64,000 nt of DNA from Bacteroidota bacterium (lineage in GTDB: Bacteria > Bacteroidota > Bacteroidia > UKL13-3), in contig JBAXCN010000003.1 in NCBI GenBank assembly GCA_037141455.1, forward strand, positions 4,218 to 68,217, in the 5' to 3' direction. The notes below the pieces were generated by a model. That model searched no databases. It was given only the letters and a program-made list of their open reading frames with translations, and was not told the origin of the DNA. A program made the translations under genes and the position numbers. Every line of letters begins with the position of its first letter. The stretch's first letter is position 1. Below, piece after piece: positions 28,054 through 37,908 of the stretch.

Positions 28054-31000
28054 ATGAACAGGATATATTTATTATTAGCAGCCATAATTGGCTTTTCAAC
28101 TATGCTTCGTGCCCAATCTAATTTAGGGGTGCTTGATGGCAAGGTTACAGACGGTTTAACTAAAAAACCAGTAGAATTTGCAACAGTTACTATTGAAGGA
28201 GGGGGAGGAACAAAAAAATCGAAATTCACCGATAAAGATGGAGAATTTGAATTTACAGCCATTCCCGCTGGTCAATATACTATTTCAGTTTCATTTATTG
28301 GTTACCAAAAAGCCATTTTAGAAGATATTACTGTAAGAGGTGATAACAAAATTACTTCTCGAAATATTGTTTTAAGTAATGCGGTAGGGCCAACAATTGT
28401 AGTTAGAGATAAACAACAATTAATTGACAAAGACGATCCAAGTCAGAACAATTTTTCAAAACTTCAAAATAAACCAACACAGAATATAAACGCTATTGCA
28501 GGTATTTCTCGTGGGGTTGATTCAAGAGGTGGTACTCCAAATATTCGTGGAGCACGTGCTGAAAATACTGCTTATTATATTGATGGGGTTCGTGTTACAG
28601 GTATCAATTTACCTGCAAATGCCATTGAAAACTTAGAAGTAATTACCGGTGGAACTCCTGCATCTTATGGCGATTTTACTGGTGGTGCAATTAGTGCAAC
28701 TACAAAAGCGCCTACTAAGCAGTGGGTTCGTTTTATAGAATTCAGAAGTGCTTCTCCATTTTATGGTTATTTAGATAATTCGCATGCAAACGAATTTACT
28801 TCATTCGTTTCTGGCCCAATATTGTTAAGAGACAAAGGAAACAGAGACAGAGAAAAAGTTTTAGTAGGATTTACAAACTCAATTAGGGGTTCATATGCGT
28901 TAGATGGTGGCTTATCTGCTGTTGATATCTACAAAGTGAAAGATACTAAAATGAGAGAAATTGAAGCTAATCCTGTAAGGCCAAATGCATTAGGAACACT
29001 AGTACCTGCAGGTGAATTTTTAACCAAAGGTGATTTAGAAAAATTAGATAACCGTCAGAATGCTTCAGGTTATAGCGTAAATACAAGTGGAAACTTTAAC
29101 TATCAACCTAATAATAATATAAATGTAAAATTAGGTTACCAAGCATTGTTCTTTTCACAAAACAATTGGAACAGTTATAATTCACTTTTAAATTCTGCTA
29201 ATAATTCACAATCTCAAGGTTACAGATCGTTAGTTTATTTACAGTTTACTCAAATGTTTAATAAGAAAGAAGATACTGCCAGAGCTAGAATTGAAAATTC
29301 ATTAACAAAAGGAGCTAAAATTTCGGATGCTTATTATACCATTCGTGTTAGTTATGAAAGAAACTTTACTGAAACCTTTGACCCTACCCATGGAAAAGAG
29401 TTCTTTAATTATGGATATGTAGGAACTTTTAAAACTTTCAATGCACCTTCATATACCACAGTTAGAAAAGGATTTCAACAAAATCCTGATACCATTAATT
29501 TAGTAAATGGTGAAAAAATGTATTTAACTGGTTATGTGCGCCAAACTGGCTTTAGAGATTCTGCATTCACATTTACAAAAGCTAATTTTAATCCATTAAG
29601 AGGAAATTATACGCAAGCGTTTTTAAACTATTACGGAGGCGAAAGAAATTTTAATAATTTTAACTTTTTAAGAGGTTTAGGTGCTTTACAAAATGGTGAT
29701 GATCCAATATCTATTTACTCGGGAATGTGGGGTAATTTAGGTGATGTTCAATCAGGTTATTCAAAAAATTTATTCGAAAACTATATAGTTTACTTAGAAT
29801 CGAATGCAACTGTTGCACCAAGAAGAAATTTAAAAGCAAAACATAATTTACAATTTGGTTTAACTTACGAACAGCGTATTCAAAGAAATTATAGTTTAGG
29901 CGCAAGTGCTTTGTGGCAATTAATGCCTTTATTGGCTAATCGTCAGTTTGCTGGGCTTGATACAATTGGGTTTGCTAAATTTGATGCAAATGGTGTTTTT
30001 CAAGATACCATTACTTTTAATAGAAGAGTAAATAATGCTGATCAAACAGAATTTGATAAAAATTTAAGGAGCAAATTAATGCAAGAAGGAAAGACAGATA
30101 ACAATGGAAATCCTATTACTGGCCAAACCTTTTTAGATGTAAATTCATATTCGCCAGGTACATATAATTTAAATATGTTTAGCGCAAACGAATTATTAAA
30201 CAATGGAAACTCATTTGTTGGTTATTCTGGTTACGATCATTTAGGAAATACAGTATCAGGCAAACCAGGAATAAATGAGTTCTTTAAAAATAGAATATTA
30301 CCAGCTTATCAACCAATTTATTTTGCTGCATGGATGCAAGATAAGTTTCAGTTTAAGGATTTAATTTTACGTGTTGGTGTTCGTGTAGAAAGATTTGATG
30401 CAAACCAATTGGTATTGCGCGATCCATATTCAATGGTACCTATTTTAACAGCAGGCGAAATTAGAGCAGCTGGAGCTAACACTTTGAAAATTCAATCAGA
30501 TCAAATTGCAAGTGCAGTAAAAGATGATTGGAAAGTGTATATTAATACCGATAATTTTGATGCACAATCATATGGCGTTGCAGGTTATAGAGATGGAAAT
30601 AAATGGTATGACAAAAATGGCAATCCTGTATCTGATCCAGCAGCTATTCAACGCGCGGTTGGTACAAGTCAAAACGTTCCTTATGTGCAAGATCCTAAAA
30701 ATCCAAAAACACCAACTGAACAATCGTTTAAAGATTATGAGCCAGATTTGCAAGTGTTACCACGTATTTGGTTTTCGTTTCCAATTTCTACTTCTTCTCA
30801 GTTTTATGGTACTTATGATATTTTAACTCAAAGACCAGGAAGCAACGTGGCTCAAATAGATGATTATTTTTATTTATCAAATAGATTAACAGGTATAATT
30901 GCTAATCCAGATTTAAAAATGACTCAGGTGACAGATTACGAAATAGGTTTCCGTCAGCAAATAGGTAAAAATTCAGCAATAGGAATTATTGCATCTTACA

Positions 31001-31815
31001 GAGAAAATAGAAATCAAACTCAATTATTTAATTTTATTCAAGCGTGGCCTAATACTTATACTACAATTGGGAACATCGATTTTTCAACTGTAAAATCAGT
31101 AGGTTTAGAATACAAATTAATTGAGTTAGGAAACTTAAACATAGATGCGAATTACAATTTACAATTTGCCGATGGAACAGGTTCAAATACAGGTTCAAGT
31201 TCTGCGTTAATTCAAGCAGGTTTACCTAATAATAGAACTATTTTCCCTTTAGATTTTGATACACGCCATACTTTCAAAACAAGTTTTGATTTTCATTATA
31301 AAGATGGAAAAAAATATGATGGTCCAATTGTTTCAGGTAAAAAAATATTTGAAAATGCAGGTTTTAATTTTATTTTCTCAGCTTATTCAGGTCGTCCATT
31401 TACACAAGATTTAATTTCTACTCCATCAGGGGTTCAAAGCGGTGCAGCAACTAGAAGTCCTATTAAAGGTTCTCCAAATGGTGCAAATTTACCTGCTCAG
31501 TTTAATGTTGATTTAAACGTAGATAAAAACTTTACAATTAAAAACGAAAAAGCAGGAGCAAGGGTTAAAGAATATAGAATGCGTGTGTTTTTAACAGTGA
31601 CTAACTTATTGAATGCAGCAAATGTAACAGGAGTTTTTAGGTATACTGGTAGCGCTTACAATGATGGCTATTTAAGTTCACCTTTTGCTGCCGATCAAAT
31701 TAGAACTGCAACCAATGCACAGTCTTTTGTTGACTTATATAATACAAGGATGGTTAATCCTGATAGATTTTTATTACCAAGATTAACACGTATAGGATTT
31801 TCAGTTCAGTTTTAA
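28054..31815 (+). CDS. Very large TonB-dependent-receptor-like outer-membrane protein (1253 aa)
   Basis: Signal peptide, CarboxypepD_reg domain (GKVTDGLTKKPVEFATVTI...GQYTISVSFIGYQ), plug-like NIRGARAENTAYYIDGVRV...LEVITGGTPASYGDFTGGAIS, and a terminal ...IGFSVQF. Confidence 0.75.
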   Translation: MNRIYLLLAAIIGFSTMLRAQSNLGVLDGKVTDGLTKKPVEFATVTIEGGGGTKKSKFTDKDGEFEFTAIPAGQYTISVSFIGYQKAILEDITVRGDNKITSRNIVLSNAVGPTIVVRDKQQLIDKDDPSQNNFSKLQNKPTQNINAIAGISRGVDSRGGTPNIRGARAENTAYYIDGVRVTGINLPANAIENLEVITGGTPASYGDFTGGAISATTKAPTKQWVRFIEFRSASPFYGYLDNSHANEFTSFVSGPILLRDKGNRDREKVLVGFTNSIRGSYALDGGLSAVDIYKVKDTKMREIEANPVRPNALGTLVPAGEFLTKGDLEKLDNRQNASGYSVNTSGNFNYQPNNNINVKLGYQALFFSQNNWNSYNSLLNSANNSQSQGYRSLVYLQFTQMFNKKEDTARARIENSLTKGAKISDAYYTIRVSYERNFTETFDPTHGKEFFNYGYVGTFKTFNAPSYTTVRKGFQQNPDTINLVNGEKMYLTGYVRQTGFRDSAFTFTKANFNPLRGNYTQAFLNYYGGERNFNNFNFLRGLGALQNGDDPISIYSGMWGNLGDVQSGYSKNLFENYIVYLESNATVAPRRNLKAKHNLQFGLTYEQRIQRNYSLGASALWQLMPLLANRQFAGLDTIGFAKFDANGVFQDTITFNRRVNNADQTEFDKNLRSKLMQEGKTDNNGNPITGQTFLDVNSYSPGTYNLNMFSANELLNNGNSFVGYSGYDHLGNTVSGKPGINEFFKNRILPAYQPIYFAAWMQDKFQFKDLILRVGVRVERFDANQLVLRDPYSMVPILTAGEIRAAGANTLKIQSDQIASAVKDDWKVYINTDNFDAQSYGVAGYRDGNKWYDKNGNPVSDPAAIQRAVGTSQNVPYVQDPKNPKTPTEQSFKDYEPDLQVLPRIWFSFPISTSSQFYGTYDILTQRPGSNVAQIDDYFYLSNRLTGIIANPDLKMTQVTDYEIGFRQQIGKNSAIGIIASYRENRNQTQLFNFIQAWPNTYTTIGNIDFSTVKSVGLEYKLIELGNLNIDANYNLQFADGTGSNTGSSSALIQAGLPNNRTIFPLDFDTRHTFKTSFDFHYKDGKKYDGPIVSGKKIFENAGFNFIFSAYSGRPFTQDLISTPSGVQSGAATRSPIKGSPNGANLPAQFNVDLNVDKNFTIKNEKAGARVKEYRMRVFLTVTNLLNAANVTGVFRYTGSAYNDGYLSSPFAADQIRTATNAQSFVDLYNTRMVNPDRFLLPRLTRIGFSVQF

Positions 31816-31827
31816 TTAAATAATTTT

Positions 31828-34800
31828 ATGTTAAAGTTTAAATATATCAAAACAGCAACAATTGCTATAACCACATTAAGTTTATGCTTAAATGTGCAAG
31901 CACGTCAAAATGTTGGAAAAGGAAATATTGTTTTAAAAACCGGCAATAATATTCCAACAGTATCTAATCCATTATCAAAAATGGGTGCAGGTTGTTTACC
32001 TGCTACAGCTCAAAAAGAACTATCGGTAAATAATGTAAGAACCATTATTTTAAATGGTGGTGATATGTGGTGGAATTTAAGTAATGCTAGGTACGAAATT
32101 CCAAAAGTTCAAACAGGCCAAGTAGCTAAAAACTCATTGTTTTCTGGCGCTTTGTGGATTGGAGGTATTACCCAAGGAAATTTACGTTTAGCGGCTCAAA
32201 CTTATCGCCAAAATGGAAACGATTTTTATCCAGGACCTTTACAAATTGATGGTTCAGCAAGTATTACAGCAGCAAGATGTAAAGAATTTGATAGAATTTA
32301 TTCTGTTACACGTTCTCAAATTGCGCTTCAAATTGCAGATCAATATGGCGAAGCAATTCCAACAGATATAACCGATTGGCCAGGAAATGGAAAAACAGGT
32401 GAAGCCAAGTATTTAGCTCCTTTCTTTGACGTTGATAATGATGGAATTTATGATGCTTCAGCTGGAGATTACCCCACTTTTAATGATGGTGAAGCAGGTA
32501 TTAATTCTATTCCAGATCAAATGATGTTTGTTTGCTATAACGACAAAGGAAATATACATACCGAAACTCAAGGTTTACCATTAAATTTAGAATTTAGATT
32601 GCAAGCTTTTGGTTTTGCTACTAACGATGAAGTTAATAATATGACTTTTTATAAAACAACTATTATAAATAGAGGTACTGAAATAATTGATAGTTGTATT
32701 TTTGGTCAATGGGTTGATCCAGATTTAGGAAACTATACTGATGATTATGTGGAATGTGATGTACCAAGAAATTTAGGTATTTGCTACAATGGCGATGACA
32801 ATGATGAAGGAGTTTTAGGATATGGTTTGAATCCACCAAGTGTTGGGGTAAACTTTTTTGAAGGACCCTTAAACGAAAATGGAATTCAAATTGGACTATC
32901 TAAATTTGTATATTACGATAATAACCAATCTCAACAAGGAAATCCATCAAATCCAGCGCATTTTTGGAATTACTTAAATGGAAGATGGAAAGATGGACAG
33001 AATATAACTTATGGTGGAAATGGAAGAGGTGGATCTGATACTGCAAGTTATATGTTTCCTGGTTCAACCGACCCAGCTAAACGAACTGCGTGGACAGAAA
33101 GAATTGCTGGAAATACACCTGCTGATAGAAGATTTTTACAAACTGCTGGTCCATTTAAATTATTGCCTGGTGCGGTAAACAGAGTAACAATTGGAGTAGT
33201 TTGGGCAAGAGCAACTACAGGTGGTGCAACAGGTTCATTTAATTTATTAAAAGAAGCGAGTGATAAAGCTACCGTTTTATTTAAAAATAATTTTAAAATA
33301 TTAAGAGGCCCAGAGTTTGAAGACAATGCAGTTAAAGTAACGGAATTAAACAGAGAGCTAATTATTAACTTAGTTAACGTTGAAAAACCAGAAGCGTTTA
33401 AAGCAAAAGTTGCAGGTTTATGTATTGATTCAACTGATTATAAATTCCAAGGTTATCAAATTTATCAATTAAAAATTCCGTCAACTCCAAGTGATTTTTC
33501 AGATAGAGACCAAGCAAGATTAGTAGCACAATGCGATATACAAGATGGAATTGGTTTTATTGTTAATACCGTTAACGATGCTGATTTGGGAAGTGTTAAA
33601 AGAGTAATGGTTAATGGAGAAGACAAAGGAATTAGACATTCATTTCAAATAACACGAGATGCTTTCTCTATTGAATCTGATCAAACATTAGTAAATTACA
33701 AAAACTATCATTTTTTAATTGTGCCTTATGCTGCAGTAACAAATTGTGCAAATGAAGCTTTACAGTATTTATCTGGATCAAAACCAGTAATTGTTTCTGT
33801 TACTCCCCATTTACCATTTGGCCATCAACAAGGAACCCAATTAAATTCTGGTTTTAATAGCGGTCCATCTTTAACAAGAATTGAAGGAATTGGAAACGGT
33901 GGAAACTTTATTAACTTAACAAAAGAATCAATTGAAGAAGCGTTATCATCTCCTTATTATGCCAAAAAGCCTAAATATATTGAAGGGCAAGGTCCTGTTG
34001 GAATTAAAGTAATTAACCCTTTTAAAGTACCTTTGGCCAACTTTGTATTATTTATTAAGGATGCAGTTTCAAGCACTAGATTAAACGATTCATTGGCAAG
34101 AGCAAGTACAACTTGGTACATGATAAATAAAAATACCAATGATACTTTTGTAGGTAAAAGAAACTTAGTGTTAAGCAATGAACAGATTTTTGAAGAAATC
34201 GGTTTATCAGTTACTGTTTCTCAAGCTTATGCTCCCGGAGATCCACAAAACACTACTGATTTGTCAAATGGATTTATAGATGCTACCATTACTTTTGAAG
34301 ACCCTACTAACCGTTGGCTAAGTGGTGTTGCTGATGGTTCTATTTCGCTTCCAGCATTTAATTGGATAAGATCTGGAAATACTGGAACTCCTGAATTTAC
34401 TAATTTAACCGAACACGATTTTTTTAGATCAATAGGAGGAAATAAAGTAGCAATTGACCCAAGAAAACAATACAGCAACATGTTAGAAGCTACATGGGCT
34501 CCATTTGAACTAGCTGCAAAATCAGTTAGAAGCGGATCAACTCCACCTAGTTATGGTCCTGGAATAAGTTTAACACCAAATACGAATCAAATTTCAGAAG
34601 ATAATCCTTTATCATCTTTACAAGGAGTTGATGTGGTTTTTACAAGCGACAAATCGAAATGGACTCGTTGTATTGTTCTTGAAATGGGTGAAAATAAAGA
34701 TTTAAACATTGGAAGTGTTTCAAAAGGAAATATTAGAGCTTCTGCCTCAATTGATAAAGATGGCAAACCAGAAGCAGGTAGTTTTGGTTTAAGCTGGTTC

Positions 34801-35676
34801 CCTGGTTATGCAATAAACGTTGAAACAGGCGAAAGATTAAATATTGTTTTTGGCGAAGATTCATCTTTACCAGGTGAAAATGGCAATGATATGATTTGGA
34901 ATCCAACTAGAAATTTATTTGACTTAAACTCAAACGGTGCAATTCCAGCATTTGGAGGTAAGCACCATGTTTATATTATGGCTGCCAAAGATTTGAAAAT
35001 TGGAAACAATGTTTTGTACAGAGGTGTAAAATACGATGAAGGAAAATCATATAAGGAATTAATGGCTGTTAATTCTTCTTCTGAAGAGCCTAATACTTTG
35101 AAAAAACGTTATTTCTTATCTCAGTTTATGTGGGTTACCATTCCAACATTAAATTTTACATCTAACTTAAATTCAATGAAAGATGGGATAGTACCAAATA
35201 CTGCTACAGTTAAAATTAGAGTAAAACGCCCGTATGCTGTTTATACTACTAACATTGATACCCCACTTAGAAACGCTGGACAACCTCTTTATGAATTTAA
35301 TACAAATAGCATAGCACCAAGTATAAATGATAAAACTGCGGGCAATAAAGCGTTAGATATGGTAAATGTTACACCAAACCCTTATTATGCCTACAGTGGT
35401 TATGAAGATCCAGGAAATGCATTAGATAACAGAGTGAAAATTGTAAATACACCAAAAAAATGTGTTGTTTCAATATATACTCAAAGTGGATTTTTGGTAA
35501 GAAGAATTAATAAAGATGACGACACCAGAACATATATAGAATGGGATTTGAAAAATGATGCGAATGTGCCTGTTTCTAGTGGAGTTTATTTAATACACAT
35601 CAATGCTCCAGGAATTGGAGAAAGAATCATTAAATGGTTTGGTGTTATTCGTCCAGCAGATTTCGATTCATTTTAA
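31828..35676 (+). CDS. Large secreted/surface protein (1282 aa) with a T9SS-type C-terminal sorting-like domain
   Basis: Signal peptide. Starts 12 nt after the upstream stop. The last ~90 aa (VTPNPYYAY...VVSIYTQSGFLVRRI...WDLKNDANVPVSSGVYLIHINAPGIGERIIKWFGV) resemble T9SS CTD / FlgD-Ig-like domains. Confidence 0.6.
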   Translation: MLKFKYIKTATIAITTLSLCLNVQARQNVGKGNIVLKTGNNIPTVSNPLSKMGAGCLPATAQKELSVNNVRTIILNGGDMWWNLSNARYEIPKVQTGQVAKNSLFSGALWIGGITQGNLRLAAQTYRQNGNDFYPGPLQIDGSASITAARCKEFDRIYSVTRSQIALQIADQYGEAIPTDITDWPGNGKTGEAKYLAPFFDVDNDGIYDASAGDYPTFNDGEAGINSIPDQMMFVCYNDKGNIHTETQGLPLNLEFRLQAFGFATNDEVNNMTFYKTTIINRGTEIIDSCIFGQWVDPDLGNYTDDYVECDVPRNLGICYNGDDNDEGVLGYGLNPPSVGVNFFEGPLNENGIQIGLSKFVYYDNNQSQQGNPSNPAHFWNYLNGRWKDGQNITYGGNGRGGSDTASYMFPGSTDPAKRTAWTERIAGNTPADRRFLQTAGPFKLLPGAVNRVTIGVVWARATTGGATGSFNLLKEASDKATVLFKNNFKILRGPEFEDNAVKVTELNRELIINLVNVEKPEAFKAKVAGLCIDSTDYKFQGYQIYQLKIPSTPSDFSDRDQARLVAQCDIQDGIGFIVNTVNDADLGSVKRVMVNGEDKGIRHSFQITRDAFSIESDQTLVNYKNYHFLIVPYAAVTNCANEALQYLSGSKPVIVSVTPHLPFGHQQGTQLNSGFNSGPSLTRIEGIGNGGNFINLTKESIEEALSSPYYAKKPKYIEGQGPVGIKVINPFKVPLANFVLFIKDAVSSTRLNDSLARASTTWYMINKNTNDTFVGKRNLVLSNEQIFEEIGLSVTVSQAYAPGDPQNTTDLSNGFIDATITFEDPTNRWLSGVADGSISLPAFNWIRSGNTGTPEFTNLTEHDFFRSIGGNKVAIDPRKQYSNMLEATWAPFELAAKSVRSGSTPPSYGPGISLTPNTNQISEDNPLSSLQGVDVVFTSDKSKWTRCIVLEMGENKDLNIGSVSKGNIRASASIDKDGKPEAGSFGLSWFPGYAINVETGERLNIVFGEDSSLPGENGNDMIWNPTRNLFDLNSNGAIPAFGGKHHVYIMAAKDLKIGNNVLYRGVKYDEGKSYKELMAVNSSSEEPNTLKKRYFLSQFMWVTIPTLNFTSNLNSMKDGIVPNTATVKIRVKRPYAVYTTNIDTPLRNAGQPLYEFNTNSIAPSINDKTAGNKALDMVNVTPNPYYAYSGYEDPGNALDNRVKIVNTPKKCVVSIYTQSGFLVRRINKDDDTRTYIEWDLKNDANVPVSSGVYLIHINAPGIGERIIKWFGVIRPADFDSF

Positions 35677-35690
35677 TACATAAAAAAAGT

Positions 35691-35727
35691 AGAAGTTCAA
35701 TTGAAACATTATTTTAATTGAACTTCT
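35691..35727 (+). other. Perfect 12-bp-stem hairpin between the 1282-aa gene and the PorV-like gene
   Basis: AGAAGTTCAATT-13 nt-AATTGAACTTCT with only TT following. Possible attenuator or RNA-processing site. Confidence 0.4.
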
Positions 35728-35754
35728 TTATAAAAACATTTAAAAATTACTCAT

Positions 35755-36852
35755 ATGAAGAAGTATATTTTACAAACTTTAGTAGCCTTTATAGGAATAT
35801 TGGCAACAGCAAATGCAGGAAATCCTGATAGAGCGGGTGGAGCTGGCGCAACTCAGCTCTTAGTTAATCCTTATGTAAGAGGAGTAGGTTTAAGTAATTC
35901 TAATACAGCATCTGCTCGAGGCTTAGAGTCGTATTACCTAAATATTGGTGGTTTAGCTTATGTAAAGAAAACCGAAGTTCAAGCTTCTCAAACAAGGTAT
36001 TTAGTTGGAACCGATATTTATTTAAATAATTTTGGAATGGCGCAATCTCTTGGAGAAAACGGAAGTGGAGGAGTATTAGGAATGGCTTTTACTTATTGGG
36101 ACATGGGAAGTATTCCTATTACCACAACTGAAGCACCCGACAATACTTTAGGAACTTATACTACTCAAATTTTAAATTTAGGTTTGGCTTATTCTAAAAC
36201 CTTTTCAAATTCAATTACTGGTGGATTAATGATAAGATACGTAAGTGAAGGAACTGCTAGTGTAAATGCAAGTGGAATTACTTTAGATGCTGGAGTTCAA
36301 TATCAAACTGCATTGAATCCAAGTAAGAAAATTAAAAAACAAGATTTTAGATTTGGTATTGCTGTTCGTAATTTAGGTCCCGATTTGTCGTTTCTTGGTT
36401 CTGGATTGTCTATAAATTCAACAGTTACAGCAACTGGTGCAAGTCGTAAAACTTTATTTGGATCTCAACCTTTTAATATGCCTGCTTTAGCAAACATTGG
36501 TGTTGCATACGATTTTAGATTAGATAAAGGTGAGGAAACTTACGATCATCGTTTAACTGTATCTGGTAATTTTAACTACAACGCTTTTTCTTCAAACATT
36601 ACATCTTTTGGGGCTGAATATGGTTTTAAAAACATGTTCATGATAAGAACTGGTTACGCTCACCAAGAAAATAATTTCAACGATATTGATTACAAATCGC
36701 CCAGTTATGGTATAAGTTTTGGTACAGGTTTTAATTTACCTATAAGCGATGCTGGTACTGCATTATCAATTGATTATGCTTACCAACCAACTGTAATTTT
36801 TAGTGGCATTCACAGTATAGGATTTAAGCTTACATTAGGAAGTAAAGAATAA
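35755..36852 (+). CDS. PorV/PorQ-family-like outer-membrane barrel
   Basis: Signal peptide. NPDRAGGAGATQLLVNPYVRGVGLSNSNTA resembles the conserved N-terminal segment of PorV-family proteins. Alternating beta pattern. Confidence 0.5.
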   Translation: MKKYILQTLVAFIGILATANAGNPDRAGGAGATQLLVNPYVRGVGLSNSNTASARGLESYYLNIGGLAYVKKTEVQASQTRYLVGTDIYLNNFGMAQSLGENGSGGVLGMAFTYWDMGSIPITTTEAPDNTLGTYTTQILNLGLAYSKTFSNSITGGLMIRYVSEGTASVNASGITLDAGVQYQTALNPSKKIKKQDFRFGIAVRNLGPDLSFLGSGLSINSTVTATGASRKTLFGSQPFNMPALANIGVAYDFRLDKGEETYDHRLTVSGNFNYNAFSSNITSFGAEYGFKNMFMIRTGYAHQENNFNDIDYKSPSYGISFGTGFNLPISDAGTALSIDYAYQPTVIFSGIHSIGFKLTLGSKE

Positions 36853-36876
36853 AAAATTTATATTTGTTTATTGAAG

Positions 36877-36917
36877 AGAAACGTTCGGATTTATTAGTCC
36901 GAGCGTTTCTTTTTTTA
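36877..36917 (+). terminator. Terminator after the PorV-like gene
   Basis: AGAAACGTTCGGA-8 nt-TCCGAGCGTTTCT followed by a T-run. Confidence 0.75.
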
Positions 36918-36941
36918 GTTAAATTGAATTATAAAAATAAC

Positions 36942-37442
36942 ATGGCAAAAAAAACTTTACCTCCATCACAACCTTTAAATTACTTATCGAAAGAAGGTTT
37001 TGAAAGATTACAAAATGAACTTCATGATTTAAAGTTTGTAAAACGCCCTTTTATTTCAAAACAAATTGCTGATGCAAGAGATAAGGGAGATTTAAGCGAA
37101 AATGCTGAATACCATGCGGCCAAAGAAGATCAAGGTCATTTAGAAACCAAAATTTCTCAAGTTGAATCTTTGTTAGCTATAAGCAGAATTATTGATGAAA
37201 GTAAGTTAGACAATAGCAAAGTAATGCTTTTAAGCAAAGTTTTAGTATTGAATCACAATGTAAAAAAAGAGTTTACTTATACAATTGTATCAGAGAATGA
37301 AGCAGATTTTAAAATTGGTAAAATATCTGCAAAATCGCCAATAGGAGCGGGTTTACTTGGGAAAAAATTAGGTGAAATTGCTGAAATAGCTGCACCTGCT
37401 GGTACTATAAAGTTAGAAATTATAAATATTTCATTTAGTTAA
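36942..37442 (+). CDS. greA: Transcription elongation factor GreA
   Basis: DLSENAEYHAAKE motif. The start was moved to ATG 36942 because the track ORF start lies within the upstream terminator. Confidence 0.9.
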   Translation: MAKKTLPPSQPLNYLSKEGFERLQNELHDLKFVKRPFISKQIADARDKGDLSENAEYHAAKEDQGHLETKISQVESLLAISRIIDESKLDNSKVMLLSKVLVLNHNVKKEFTYTIVSENEADFKIGKISAKSPIGAGLLGKKLGEIAEIAAPAGTIKLEIINISFS

Positions 37443-37443
37443 A

Positions 37444-37836
37444 ATGGTAAGTATTTTTTCAAAAATTATAAAAGGAGAAATTCCTTGTTATAAAGTTGCT
37501 GAATCTGAAACTTGCTTTGCTTTTCTTGACATTAATCCATTGGCAAAAGGGCATGTATTAGTAGTTCCAAAATTTGAAGTTGATTATATTTTTGATTTAG
37601 ATGAGGAAACATATATTCAATTAAATTTATTCGCTAAAAAAGTAGCTATAGCTTTAAAAAAGGCTATTCCTTGCTCAAGAATTGGCGTTACAGTTATTGG
37701 TTTAGAAGTGCCACATGTTCACATACATTTAATACCAATTAATGAAGTGAGTGACATGAATTTTTCAAATAAAAAATTAGATTTTTCAAAGTTAGAATTG
37801 CAGGAAATTGCCAATTCTATAGCAGGATTTCTATAA
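37444..37836 (+). CDS. HIT family (HinT-like) protein
   Basis: HVHIHLIP histidine triad. Confidence 0.9.
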   Translation: MVSIFSKIIKGEIPCYKVAESETCFAFLDINPLAKGHVLVVPKFEVDYIFDLDEETYIQLNLFAKKVAIALKKAIPCSRIGVTVIGLEVPHVHIHLIPINEVSDMNFSNKKLDFSKLELQEIANSIAGFL

Positions 37837-37867
37837 TTTATAATAAATTTAATCAATAAAAAACCCC

Positions 37868-37908
37868 GATAACTTAATTTTAGTAATCGGGGTTTTTTAT
37901 TGAATCTT
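37868..37908. terminator. Bidirectional terminator between convergent genes
   Basis: AAAAACCCCGAT-15 nt-ATCGGGGTTTTTT. Confidence 0.8.

Noticed and set aside
31828-35676. The 1282-aa protein as the T9SS sortase PorU, given the porU-porV-like gene order and size
   Set aside because: I could not find the C25 peptidase His (GHG-type) or Cys catalytic motifs. The upstream partner is a receptor-like barrel, which does not fit the porU context.
36864-36941. Longer GreA ORF starting at 36864
   Set aside because: The extension consists of the upstream gene's terminator hairpin. Conserved GreA sequence starts at MAKKTLPP (36942).
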